Assembly: GCA_963837175.1 (NCBI GenBank)
Contig: CAWIMJ010000016.1
Location: 32,001-96,000, forward strand
Length of the DNA: 64,000 nt
Direction: 5' to 3'
Source of the DNA: an uncultured Nitrososphaeraceae archaeon
Lineage (GTDB): Archaea; Thermoproteota; Nitrososphaeria; Nitrososphaerales; Nitrososphaeraceae
Both the position numbers and the translations under genes were made by a program. The notes under the pieces are model-generated. The model searched no databases, had not been told where the DNA came from, and saw nothing but the letters and a program-made list of their open reading frames with translations. How positions within the stretch are numbered: position 1 is the stretch's first letter; each line of letters opens with the position of its first letter. Positions 41,956-51,744 of this stretch are shown here, one piece after another.

Positions 41956-42699
41956 ATGAGTGATGAAAAGGAGATTCAGAATATGCCAGTGGAAACTGAT
42001 GTTGAACACAAAGGATCGGAACAAATTACCGACGATATGACTTCTGAACAATCAATTCCTACCGAATCTAAAGAAGATATGGATTACAGCCAGGATAGCA
42101 ACAATTTAGAGAAAATGATTCTTTCTACTGGTATTCGTGTTGGTACTCCAGTTAAGACTAAATATATGATACCATTTATTGTGCGTGCTAACCCGGAAGG
42201 TTTGTATATTCTTGACATTAGTAAAACCTTATCAAGGATTGATGTTGCGGCGAAATTTATTGGACGTTCGAATATAGCAAGAGTTGCAGTGACTTCTGCC
42301 CGTGAGTATGGTAAAACACCTGTAGAAAAGTTCTGTGAATTTACTGGTGCTACTGGTATCTTTGGACGATTTATGCCAGGGACTTTCACAAATCCATCCT
42401 TACCAAGATACATGGAGCCTGAAATCGTAATTGTTACTGACCCACAGGCCGACCAACAAGCAGTCATAGAGGCGACTAGAGCAGGCGTTCCAGTTATCGC
42501 GATCTCTAACAGTGATAATGTGACATCGAAAGTAGATCTAATCATTCCTGCAAATAACAGAGGCCGAAAGGCTCTGGCTACTGTTTATTGGCTCCTCGCA
42601 AGAGAGGTTTTAAAGAAACAAGGCACCATTAAGTCCGATAGTGATATGAAGGTGTCTATTGATGACTTTGAAACCAAATTAGTCGAGGAATTACCTTGA
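41956..42699 (+). CDS. rps2: 30S ribosomal protein S2
   Basis: GRFMPGTFTNP, IPANNRG. Confidence 0.96.
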   Translation: MSDEKEIQNMPVETDVEHKGSEQITDDMTSEQSIPTESKEDMDYSQDSNNLEKMILSTGIRVGTPVKTKYMIPFIVRANPEGLYILDISKTLSRIDVAAKFIGRSNIARVAVTSAREYGKTPVEKFCEFTGATGIFGRFMPGTFTNPSLPRYMEPEIVIVTDPQADQQAVIEATRAGVPVIAISNSDNVTSKVDLIIPANNRGRKALATVYWLLAREVLKKQGTIKSDSDMKVSIDDFETKLVEELP

Positions 42700-43547
42700 A
42701 TGGCAGGACGAAAATACGTCGACCTGCCGTAGCAGGAATTTTTTATCCAAATGATCCTTTTGAACTTAACCGGGCAATAGAACGATCTTTTAAAGATCAG
42801 CGATTTGGACCAAATCATATGCCACCCTCTGAGTCCAAGCGCAGAATTTATGGAATTGTGTCACCTCATGCTGGATACATCTATTCGAGCGCGGTTGCTG
42901 CTAATGGGTTTTATGAGGTGTCATCAATGGAATTTGATGACGTCATAATGATAGGGCCTAATCATTACGGGATAGGAACAGGAGTTGCTATCATGAGTTC
43001 TGGCCTATGGGAAACACCATTAGGCCAAATTGAAATTAATCAGGATTTATCGTTGGCGATTTCTAAAAATTCAGGAATAATTGATTTAGATGATTTTGCC
43101 CATAGTAAAGATCATTGCCTAGAAGTTCAGTTACCGTTTGTTCAATACATAACAAAGAAGAAATTCAGAATTGTGCCGATTGTCTTAATAATGCAAGACA
43201 GACAGACTGCCGATGACATTGGTAGATCTATTGCACAATCCACTGTAAATACAAACAGCTTACTTATTGCATCGTCAGATTTTACTCACTATGAATCAAA
43301 CAGTGAGGCACATAGAAAAGATATGGAGCTAATAAATGCAATCCTATCTTTAGATATTTTAAAATTTTATACAACTTTGGAAAGAGAAAATGTATCTGCT
43401 TGTGGCTATGGTGCAATTGCTTCAATAATGACAGCTGCAAAAAACCTTGGCGCTACGAAGGGTGAATTACTAAGGTATGCTACAAGCGGAGATATTATTG
43501 GTGATACCAATACAGTAGTAGGATATTCATCAATTGTATTTGTATGA
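42696..43547 (+). CDS. MEMO1 family protein (AmmeMemoRadiSam protein B-like)
   Basis: RRPAVAGIFYP, PHAGYIYS, GPNH, SSDFTHY, CGYG. Confidence 0.93.
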   Translation: MNGRTKIRRPAVAGIFYPNDPFELNRAIERSFKDQRFGPNHMPPSESKRRIYGIVSPHAGYIYSSAVAANGFYEVSSMEFDDVIMIGPNHYGIGTGVAIMSSGLWETPLGQIEINQDLSLAISKNSGIIDLDDFAHSKDHCLEVQLPFVQYITKKKFRIVPIVLIMQDRQTADDIGRSIAQSTVNTNSLLIASSDFTHYESNSEAHRKDMELINAILSLDILKFYTTLERENVSACGYGAIASIMTAAKNLGATKGELLRYATSGDIIGDTNTVVGYSSIVFV

Positions 43548-44527
43548 ATTGGGAAAAATCCTACGCCGAAACTTCTGCACCGGCAAAAATTATTTTATTT
43601 GGCGAACATTTTGTTGTATACAATAAACCTGCAATCCTTGCATCTGTAACTAAGCGTATCAAAGTAGGCATACACTTGAATAATAGTAAAACCATCAATA
43701 TCAAATCAGACCTCGGCATTGAAGCCTCATATAAAGAATCAGATTTTAACATAATCAAAGGAGCAAACAATTCTCAGACCACTTTATATCCTCTGTATGA
43801 ATCTGCTAGAAGCGTACTTTCAGAAAGAAATCAAATTCTGGGATTAGACATAGTAGTGAATTCTGAATTTCCCTACGGCCTCGGTCTTGGATCTTCGGCT
43901 GCATCTTGCGTTGCAACAGTTGCTGCGGTAGATTCATTGTTTCATAAACCAGATAAGCAATATGTATGCGATAAAGCAATTAAGTCAGAACGTCTAATTC
44001 ATAATAATTCCTCAGGAGCAGATTGCTATATTTCCACCTTTGGAGGTCTAATGTATTATATTAAGAATACGAGTTTTAATAGAATCTATTGTAGAAAGGA
44101 TCTATCTTTGATAATAGGAAACACAGGAATCAGACATTCAACTGGAGCCTTAGTCTCTTTAGTAAAGAAATTCAAAGACGAAAATAGTTCATTGTTCAAT
44201 GATTTATCTCGTCATGCAGGGAATATATGTCGAGACGCTGTTACTGCGATTATGAAAGGCGATGAGAGAAAACTTGGAAAATTGATGAGAGAAAACCACA
44301 CTTTACTACAGCAAATAGGAGTCTCTCACGACAAAATTGACTATCTGGTGAATGTTTGTGTTGAGAACGGCGCATTAGGAGCGAAACTTACCGGTGCTGG
44401 GGGCGGAGGAATAATGATAGCATTAGTTCCACAAGAAGAAAAGTTAAAGATAATTTCAACTATTGAAAAAAATGGATTTGAATGTATAGACGTCGAAATT
44501 GACTTCAATGGATTGATGTTAAACTAA
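43544..44527 (+). CDS. mvk: Mevalonate kinase
   Basis: PAKIILFGEHFVVY, GLGSSAA, KLTGAGGGG. Confidence 0.95.
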   Translation: MNWEKSYAETSAPAKIILFGEHFVVYNKPAILASVTKRIKVGIHLNNSKTINIKSDLGIEASYKESDFNIIKGANNSQTTLYPLYESARSVLSERNQILGLDIVVNSEFPYGLGLGSSAASCVATVAAVDSLFHKPDKQYVCDKAIKSERLIHNNSSGADCYISTFGGLMYYIKNTSFNRIYCRKDLSLIIGNTGIRHSTGALVSLVKKFKDENSSLFNDLSRHAGNICRDAVTAIMKGDERKLGKLMRENHTLLQQIGVSHDKIDYLVNVCVENGALGAKLTGAGGGGIMIALVPQEEKLKIISTIEKNGFECIDVEIDFNGLMLN

Positions 44528-44562
44528 ACTTTAAATCTACTTTAAAAATATAAAATTTCTAA

Positions 44563-45345
44563 ATGCGAAATGAGCTAGCTTTAATCAAGCTAGGTGGATC
44601 AGTAGTTACCCTTAAAGAAAAACCTCTTACCCCCAATCTTGCAGCGATTAATAATATCACAACTGTAATTGCCAGGCTTAGAATTCCAATAATAATCGTA
44701 CATGGGGGCGGTTCATTTGGACATTATTGGTCTGCAAAATATGATATGCATACAAAACCAGATGATTACGATCCATATGGAATATCAATAGTACATGAAT
44801 CGATGATACATCTAAACCAAATAATAGTTAACTCTATGATAAAGGAAAGAATAAACGCATATGCACTTATGCCTTCAACTTTTATATCAGGCCATAGACC
44901 AATTACAAGAAAAATTAACGAATTACAGGTTATTGCACAACATGGAATAATTCCTGTGACATTTGGAGATATTGTTCATATTAAGAAAACTAAGTTCTCT
45001 GTCTTATCAGGAGATGTGATAATGACAATCCTTGCTCAGGCTTTACATCCTTCAAAAGTCCTTTTTACTCTCAACGTTGACGGCATTTATAAGAATATTA
45101 AGGCCAAGAAGGTCATAAAAGAAATTAAGAATAAAAATAGGTCTATTGAGTTGTCAACTGTAAAAGCTGATGTAACAGGCGGTATGCAGAGAAAGGTTAC
45201 AGAAGCATTTAAGATAGCACGCTCTGGAATAGATGTAGTAATGCTAAATGGACTTAAGCCAGAACGAATCATAAATGCTATAAACGGTTCAGATTTTGAA
45301 GGTACCACTATTAAAAGAATAGGAGGCAAAAAACAAAGTGCCTAA
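44563..45345 (+). CDS. Isopentenyl phosphate kinase
   Basis: KLGGSVVT, HGGGSFGH, SGD, DVTGGM. Confidence 0.93.
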   Translation: MRNELALIKLGGSVVTLKEKPLTPNLAAINNITTVIARLRIPIIIVHGGGSFGHYWSAKYDMHTKPDDYDPYGISIVHESMIHLNQIIVNSMIKERINAYALMPSTFISGHRPITRKINELQVIAQHGIIPVTFGDIVHIKKTKFSVLSGDVIMTILAQALHPSKVLFTLNVDGIYKNIKAKKVIKEIKNKNRSIELSTVKADVTGGMQRKVTEAFKIARSGIDVVMLNGLKPERIINAINGSDFEGTTIKRIGGKKQSA

Positions 45346-46429
45346 TCTATCGGATCTTCCATCTGATATAGAAATTATAAAAAAACGCAAAAGAGAGGGC
45401 ATTGAAATACCACTGCAAAAAAATGTCCAATCTAAAACAACCTCTACATATTTGGAATATGTTAGCCTTATTCATAATGCTTTACCTGAACTTGACTATG
45501 ATGAGATTGATATTTCGACAACTTTTCTAAAACAGAGATTTTCTGCACCTCTCATTATAGATTCCATGACTGGAGGTGCTCCTGAGGCAGCCAAAATCAA
45601 CGGAAGACTAGGTGATCTCGCAGAAAAATATGGTTTTGCAATGGGTTTAGGTAGTCAACGGGCCGGTCTTGAAAGCAAGGAACTGGCAGAAACCTATTCT
45701 ATTGCAAGAAAAAATGCTCCTAGTGCATTCCTTATCGCAAATATTGGCGGAGCTCAGCTTGCAAAAGGCCTCACGATAGAAAATATAAAAGAGATCATTA
45801 ACATGATACAAGCCGATGCTCTTGTAATACACCTTAATCCATTGCAAGAGCTTATACAGCCAGAAGGAGAACCAAAATATAAAGGAGTTTTCTCGAAGAT
45901 TTCTGAAATCTCTAGAGACGTCGATGTACCTGTAATCGTAAAGGAAGTTGGCGCAGGGATCTCTAAAGAAGTAGCAGTTAAGCTAGAGATGGCAGGTGTA
46001 GCTGCAATCAATGTTGCAGGAGCTGGCGGAACAAGCTGGGCGGGAGTCGAAAAGTTGCGTGCGGAGGCATCAAATAATGATCTTAAAATGCACCTAGGCG
46101 AAATTTTTTGGGATTGGGGAATACCTACAGCAGCCAGTCTTATTGAAGTAAAAAAAACAGTCGAACTACCAATTATTGCTTCAGGTGGCTTGCGAAACGG
46201 TCTGGAAATTGCAAAGTGTATTGCCTTGGGTGCAAGTATGTGTGCGATGGCTTATCCTTTTTTGTTAAGAGCGGCAGAATCAAGCGAACATTTGTTTAAT
46301 TTTGCTGATACTATTATAGCTGAACTTAAGAGTACCATGTTTCTCGTTGGTGCGATTAATCTTTCTGTTTTGAAAAGCTCAAGGTATATATTGACAGGAC
46401 CTTTAGCAGATCAGGTCAGCAATCGATGA
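45338..46429 (+). CDS. fni: Type 2 isopentenyl-diphosphate isomerase
   Basis: MTGG, GSQR, HLNPLQE, KEVG.G, GGTSW. Confidence 0.95.
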   Translation: MPNLSDLPSDIEIIKKRKREGIEIPLQKNVQSKTTSTYLEYVSLIHNALPELDYDEIDISTTFLKQRFSAPLIIDSMTGGAPEAAKINGRLGDLAEKYGFAMGLGSQRAGLESKELAETYSIARKNAPSAFLIANIGGAQLAKGLTIENIKEIINMIQADALVIHLNPLQELIQPEGEPKYKGVFSKISEISRDVDVPVIVKEVGAGISKEVAVKLEMAGVAAINVAGAGGTSWAGVEKLRAEASNNDLKMHLGEIFWDWGIPTAASLIEVKKTVELPIIASGGLRNGLEIAKCIALGASMCAMAYPFLLRAAESSEHLFNFADTIIAELKSTMFLVGAINLSVLKSSRYILTGPLADQVSNR

Positions 46430-47430
46430 AAGCAAGTAGTATTAGAGATGAGCTTGAATCTAATGCTAGTATGTTAACTGATTTTATTCGCTCATATTTG
46501 CAGGGCGAACCCAAAGAGCTCTATCAGGCGTCAGAACATTATATTTTAAGCGGAGGTAAACGACTGCGGCCTTTCATGACAATTAAAACATGTGAAATGT
46601 TGGGCGGCAATTTAAGAAGGGCATTACCTCCAGCCGCAGCAGTAGAAATGATCCATAATTTCTCTTTGGTGCATGACGATATAATGGATAATGATGATAT
46701 GCGTCATAATATTCCGACTGTTCACAATTATTATGGCACACCTCTTGCTATATTGTCAGGAGACATTCTCTTTTCTAAAGCATTCAAATTATTGGTGGCA
46801 GAGGGAAGAAAAGTAGGGCATTCGGAGAGTGCAATTTCTGAAATGGTAGCACGACTTTCAAATGCATGTATTTATGTGTGTGAAGGGCAGGCTACTGACA
46901 TTGGCATGACATTAAATCGGCGATTCTCTAGTGGATCGAATTATATTGACATGATAGGTAAAAAAACAGCCGCGCTATTCGAAGTCTCTTGTGCATTAGG
47001 CGCATTATCAGTAATAGATTCAGACAATGAAGATGTAGAAAATCTATCCTCGTTTGGAAGGAACGTAGGAATTGCATTCCAACTTATTGATGATTTAATA
47101 GGAATAACAGGAGATCCAAAACTTACAGGAAAGTCAGTAGGAAATGATATTAGGGAGGGTAAAAAGACATATCCCATTCTTCTCGCTCTTAGAAACGCGA
47201 AAGAGAAGGAGAGAAGTAAAATCATCAAAGTTTTCGGAAAGAATTCGTCAACGGCTGACCTAAAATTAGCAGTTAGAACCATTTCAGATATAGGCATAGA
47301 AAAACAGGTAAAAAAGGCTGCAAAATCACATATTGATAGGGCAATCAAATCAATTGAACGATATAGTTATTCATATGCAAAGGAGATACTTGAATCGTCG
47401 GCTAATTTTATAGTAGAAAGGAGCCTGTAA
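46426..47430 (+). CDS. Geranylgeranyl diphosphate synthase
   Basis: GGKRLRP, FSLVHDDIMD, QLIDD, DIREGKKT. Confidence 0.93.
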   Translation: MKASSIRDELESNASMLTDFIRSYLQGEPKELYQASEHYILSGGKRLRPFMTIKTCEMLGGNLRRALPPAAAVEMIHNFSLVHDDIMDNDDMRHNIPTVHNYYGTPLAILSGDILFSKAFKLLVAEGRKVGHSESAISEMVARLSNACIYVCEGQATDIGMTLNRRFSSGSNYIDMIGKKTAALFEVSCALGALSVIDSDNEDVENLSSFGRNVGIAFQLIDDLIGITGDPKLTGKSVGNDIREGKKTYPILLALRNAKEKERSKIIKVFGKNSSTADLKLAVRTISDIGIEKQVKKAAKSHIDRAIKSIERYSYSYAKEILESSANFIVERSL

Positions 47431-47436
47431 TAACAA

Positions 47437-49176
47437 GTGTCCTTTGATGAAGAAACAGAAAACATTACCAGAATCATAACACTAAAAAATGCTGTAGAAC
47501 ATGATGGCAAAGCAATGGCTGATGCCGTCATTGCAAAAATTGCCGCTTCCAGACCCAATCTTCGAAGTAATTTGAAGAACATCATTCCTGAAGTTAAAAA
47601 CTTGGTACAAAAGATCAATTCATTGCCATTATCCGACCAAAAAGCATTCCTTGAAGAAATTGCACCTGAGGAATCAAAGAAAAAAAAGAAAGTGTACGAA
47701 GCAGACCAGATACATCTTCCACCATTGCAAGGTGCAACAATGGGAAATGTGGTTACAAGGTTTCCTCCTGAACCCAATGGCTATCCTCATCTAGGACATG
47801 CCAAGGCAGCAATTATAGATGAAGAATATGCGCGTCTATATAATGGCAAATTAATTCTACGCTTTGATGATACTAATCCCGTAAATGAAAAGTTAGAATA
47901 TTATGATGCAATAAAGGAGGGATTAGAGTGGCTTGGAGTAAAGTTTGATGTCACAAAAAATACTTCTGACGATATTCAACTATTATACAAATACGGTAAA
48001 AAATTGATAATGGCTGGTGGAGCTTATGTATGTACGTGTCCTCAAAAAATTATACATAATCGCAGAGCAGATGGACTTCCTTGTGAGTGTAGAAAAGATC
48101 CAGCTGTTGCTATAGAAAGATTTCCAAAAGTTTTTGATGGATCTTTTAACCAAAACGATGCAATTATCAGATTCAAAGGAGATATGTCTGACCAAAATAC
48201 TGCTATGAGAGATCCGACACTTTTTAGAATATTAGAATGCAATCATCCGAAATTAGGAAATAAAATTCGAGTTTGGCCTACGTATGATTTTGCTGCACCT
48301 ATTGAAGATAGTCTTGATGGTGTGACTCATGCCATGCGCACAAAAGAGTACGAACTGCGTAATGAATTGTATTTTGCAATACTTGATAGACTAGGACTTA
48401 GGAAACCTATTATGATCGAATTTTCAAGATTAGATTTTGACGGAATTCCTGTTTCTAAAAGAAAAATAAAACCGTTGATAGAGAAGGGAATTATAAAAAG
48501 TTGGGATGATCCTCGCCTTCCTACTTTAATGGCAATGAGAAGAAGAGGCTTTTTACCTGAAGCAATAAGACTATTTGTTCTGTCTTTAGGTATGACACGT
48601 GCTGAAACAAAACCACCCTTTGAGGCTCTCGAAGCCTTTAACAGGAAAATTATTGATCCTCAATGTATAAGATTATTTTTTGTAAATAATCCTGTGGAAT
48701 TACATATTAAGAATATTACATCATCAAATGAAATAATATTGAAAAATCATCCTAATAGAGACTTTGGCTTTCGAAAAGTCAAGGTCTCAAATTCCTTTTA
48801 TATTTCTGGTGACGACGCAGTCAAACTTAATGTCGGAGACGAAATTAGATTAATGGAATTATATAATATTAAAATAGTCGAGATCAAATCAGAAAATCAT
48901 AAAAAACTCCTGATAGCAAACTCCATAGGAGATGAGTTAAAACAGGCTATTCCTAAAATTCAATGGGTCGCAAAGAATAATATAGTTCCTTTCAAAGTTA
49001 TGATTGCAAGAGAGCTATACATAGGTGAAGTCTATAACATAAACAGTCTCAATATCTCTGAAGGATTTGCTGAAGCATTTGTGTCCACACTGGAATACGG
49101 AACTATATCTCAATTCGTAAGATTTGGTTTCTGCAGACTGGACGAAAATAATACCGCTATATTTACTCATAGGTAG
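47437..49176 (+). CDS. gltX: Glutamate--tRNA ligase
   Basis: RFPPEPNGYPHLGH, RFDDTNP, VSKR, QFVRFGF. Confidence 0.96.
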   Translation: MSFDEETENITRIITLKNAVEHDGKAMADAVIAKIAASRPNLRSNLKNIIPEVKNLVQKINSLPLSDQKAFLEEIAPEESKKKKKVYEADQIHLPPLQGATMGNVVTRFPPEPNGYPHLGHAKAAIIDEEYARLYNGKLILRFDDTNPVNEKLEYYDAIKEGLEWLGVKFDVTKNTSDDIQLLYKYGKKLIMAGGAYVCTCPQKIIHNRRADGLPCECRKDPAVAIERFPKVFDGSFNQNDAIIRFKGDMSDQNTAMRDPTLFRILECNHPKLGNKIRVWPTYDFAAPIEDSLDGVTHAMRTKEYELRNELYFAILDRLGLRKPIMIEFSRLDFDGIPVSKRKIKPLIEKGIIKSWDDPRLPTLMAMRRRGFLPEAIRLFVLSLGMTRAETKPPFEALEAFNRKIIDPQCIRLFFVNNPVELHIKNITSSNEIILKNHPNRDFGFRKVKVSNSFYISGDDAVKLNVGDEIRLMELYNIKIVEIKSENHKKLLIANSIGDELKQAIPKIQWVAKNNIVPFKVMIARELYIGEVYNINSLNISEGFAEAFVSTLEYGTISQFVRFGFCRLDENNTAIFTHR

Positions 49177-50058
49177 ATGAAAACAATAATGAAGATAGCA
49201 CGAATAAAAAATGCGATTATAGGTGAGACATATGCCATTGTTTCTGATGATGAAAAGAAAATAATCACAAAATCGGAAATTCAGGAACAAACTGGCATTC
49301 CTATTCCTCCTCGCATTAAGGAATTTATGTTTGAAGGTTGGTTAAAAGAAGTCAAAGAATATCAAGGAGCATTAGAATATATTCACAGAATTGAAGATGT
49401 CGGGCTGTTAGCCCCTCTCCCCAATCCATCCAAGATAATTTGTCTCGCTTTTAACTATTATGATCATGCAAGAGACGCGGGATTAACACCGTCTGATGAA
49501 CCTGTAATATTTATGAAACCAAGAACTACATTAAATCCTCCCTTTAGTGACATCATTTGCCCTTCGTTTGTCAAACGCTTAGATTATGAAGCAGAAATTG
49601 CTGCCATAATAGGAAAGGATACTAAAAAGGTATCTGAAGAGAACGCGCTTGATTCTATTTTTGGATATATGATCTTACATGATGTATCTGCCAGAGATAT
49701 CCAGTTCAAAGACAAACAATTTACAAGGGGAAAAAGTATTGATACTTTTGCACCTTGTGGTCCTTGGATTACAACCAAAGACGAAATAGAGGATCCACAG
49801 AACTTAAAGATTATTACTAAGGTTAACGGTGAGACACGACAGAATTCATCTAGTATAAATATGGTGATACCTATAAAGAAAATAATTTCGAGTTTGAGTA
49901 TGCTCATGACGATAGAAGCAGGTGATATAATTTCAACAGGAACTCCAGCAGGTGTAGCAATGTCTATGAAGGAACCAAAATATCTAAAGGATGATGACAT
50001 CGTTGAAATCTCCATAGAAAGGCTCGGGATGATTAGAAATCGCATTGTGTTTCAATAA
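49177..50058 (+). CDS. Fumarylacetoacetate hydrolase family protein
   Basis: LDYEAE, DVSARD, GKSIDTF.P.GP, TGTPAGV. Confidence 0.92.
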   Translation: MKTIMKIARIKNAIIGETYAIVSDDEKKIITKSEIQEQTGIPIPPRIKEFMFEGWLKEVKEYQGALEYIHRIEDVGLLAPLPNPSKIICLAFNYYDHARDAGLTPSDEPVIFMKPRTTLNPPFSDIICPSFVKRLDYEAEIAAIIGKDTKKVSEENALDSIFGYMILHDVSARDIQFKDKQFTRGKSIDTFAPCGPWITTKDEIEDPQNLKIITKVNGETRQNSSSINMVIPIKKIISSLSMLMTIEAGDIISTGTPAGVAMSMKEPKYLKDDDIVEISIERLGMIRNRIVFQ

Positions 50059-50477
50059 CAATGAAAACATAGGCTGTGAAAAGAGAACATTAATGTAGAT
50101 CGTTCTTATCCAATGTGGAATAATGTAAGGATTATGGTACATCAAGAAGAATGATAGAAATCAAATTCGATTCTTCTTCCCTACACTCCTTTTATCTATT
50201 TTTATTCTTTATTATTCTTAATCTAATCATTTCGATTTTTAATAATTTTGCATAAGCTGCAAAATGGATCATTGCCCTATTAAAAAGCATCTAATGTTCT
50301 TCGATCTGCATTTTCATCTATGGCTTGTACAAGTTGATCTACTCATCAGAATGCATTAAAAGTGTTTATTTTGGGGCATTTGTCATTATTTTATAAAGCA
50401 TTTAATATCAAAATTGAATTATCTATCGCTAATGATAACAATATATTTATTTAGTATAAATAGAATTTGAAGGTTAT

Positions 50478-51320
50478 ATGGTAGTTGACAATAAAGGAAC
50501 ATGCACATATGTCCGTGTGCTCAAGGAAGATCTTTCTATTATCCGTGTAACTCCTTCTGACGGTCCAGTCCCAGATTTCAAAGCTGGCCAATTTGTTACT
50601 TTAGGAACTTATATACCAACTGAAGGAAAAATCATACGAAGGGCATATTCTATTGCTTCTCCACCTGAGCAAAAAAAATTTTTTGAATTGCTCATTAGAT
50701 GGGTAAGGAAACCTGTTCCAGGTCGACTAACCACTGACTTGTTCAATAAAAAAGAAGGTGACGAAGTCTTTTGGGTCAAACCCGTTGGAATATTTACTGT
50801 TAATGAAAAGATGCATGATGGATCGCCTGACAACAGAAGGATGGTTTTAATAGGCGGTGGCACAGGTCTTGCGCCCTTTATAGCGTATACTTTACATCTC
50901 AAATCAATTGGAAGTAAACGAGAGATAATTGTCCTACACGGTGCTAGTTACGTAGATGAACTAAGTTATCGTGAATTGTTAACTGATTTGGAAGAAGAGA
51001 GTTTAGATAAAGGTAGGGATAAATGGAACTTCAGGTATAGAGCGAGTATCAGTAGGCCTCAAGAGTGGTTCAATAGGACATGGAGTGGTCAGAAAGGAAG
51101 AGTAGAATCATTCCTAAGACCTATGCCTGGCACAGACCGATCACCTTTAGAAGAACTAGTGGGCGAAAAGATAACGCCAGAAAATACTTCATTTTATGTG
51201 TGCGGATGGCAAGGTACTGTAGATGGAGCACTCGATTACTTGGTTCCAAAGGGTTTTGTTACTGAACGAAATAAGAGAAAAGATGGAAGCTATGATGTAA
51301 AGTTCGAATCATATGGCTAA
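50478..51320 (+). CDS. Ferredoxin/flavodoxin--NADP+ reductase
   Basis: RAYSIAS, GGTGLAPF, YVCG, ESYG terminus. Confidence 0.9.
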   Translation: MVVDNKGTCTYVRVLKEDLSIIRVTPSDGPVPDFKAGQFVTLGTYIPTEGKIIRRAYSIASPPEQKKFFELLIRWVRKPVPGRLTTDLFNKKEGDEVFWVKPVGIFTVNEKMHDGSPDNRRMVLIGGGTGLAPFIAYTLHLKSIGSKREIIVLHGASYVDELSYRELLTDLEEESLDKGRDKWNFRYRASISRPQEWFNRTWSGQKGRVESFLRPMPGTDRSPLEELVGEKITPENTSFYVCGWQGTVDGALDYLVPKGFVTERNKRKDGSYDVKFESYG

Positions 51321-51381
51321 GTAAAGTTCACTTTTTCCAGTTTTTAAAGCCTTATATCATGGAAACATCGACAACTAATAT

Positions 51382-51717
51382 ATGAAATTTGAATTTGAAG
51401 AATTCTCGACGGTAGAAGATGTTTTTCTTTACCTAGTATCTGTTGCACCATATATGAAACAGGTTCTACCTGTCAGCTCTTATAAAGGCTATGTGTTTTC
51501 CATTGTGCCTTTGACACCGCTTTCAGGAGATGTACTCATGATGATCTATACGAAAGGTGAGATGGAAACAGGAATGATAGAATTTGACATTTCGACTAAG
51601 AAATACAAAATAGTATCTGCAGTTGAAAGAGCCGATAAAAATTACTTTATCATCTTGACGCCTAAAAATGCAACTATCGCAGACAGTGCCATTCAGTATT
51701 TAGAATCTAAAGAATAA
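51382..51717 (+). CDS. Hypothetical protein
   Basis: Clean 111-aa ORF with AT-rich TATA-like sequence upstream. Confidence 0.7.
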   Translation: MKFEFEEFSTVEDVFLYLVSVAPYMKQVLPVSSYKGYVFSIVPLTPLSGDVLMMIYTKGEMETGMIEFDISTKKYKIVSAVERADKNYFIILTPKNATIADSAIQYLESKE

Positions 51718-51744
51718 ATATAATTAGAAAATTTTTACAATTTT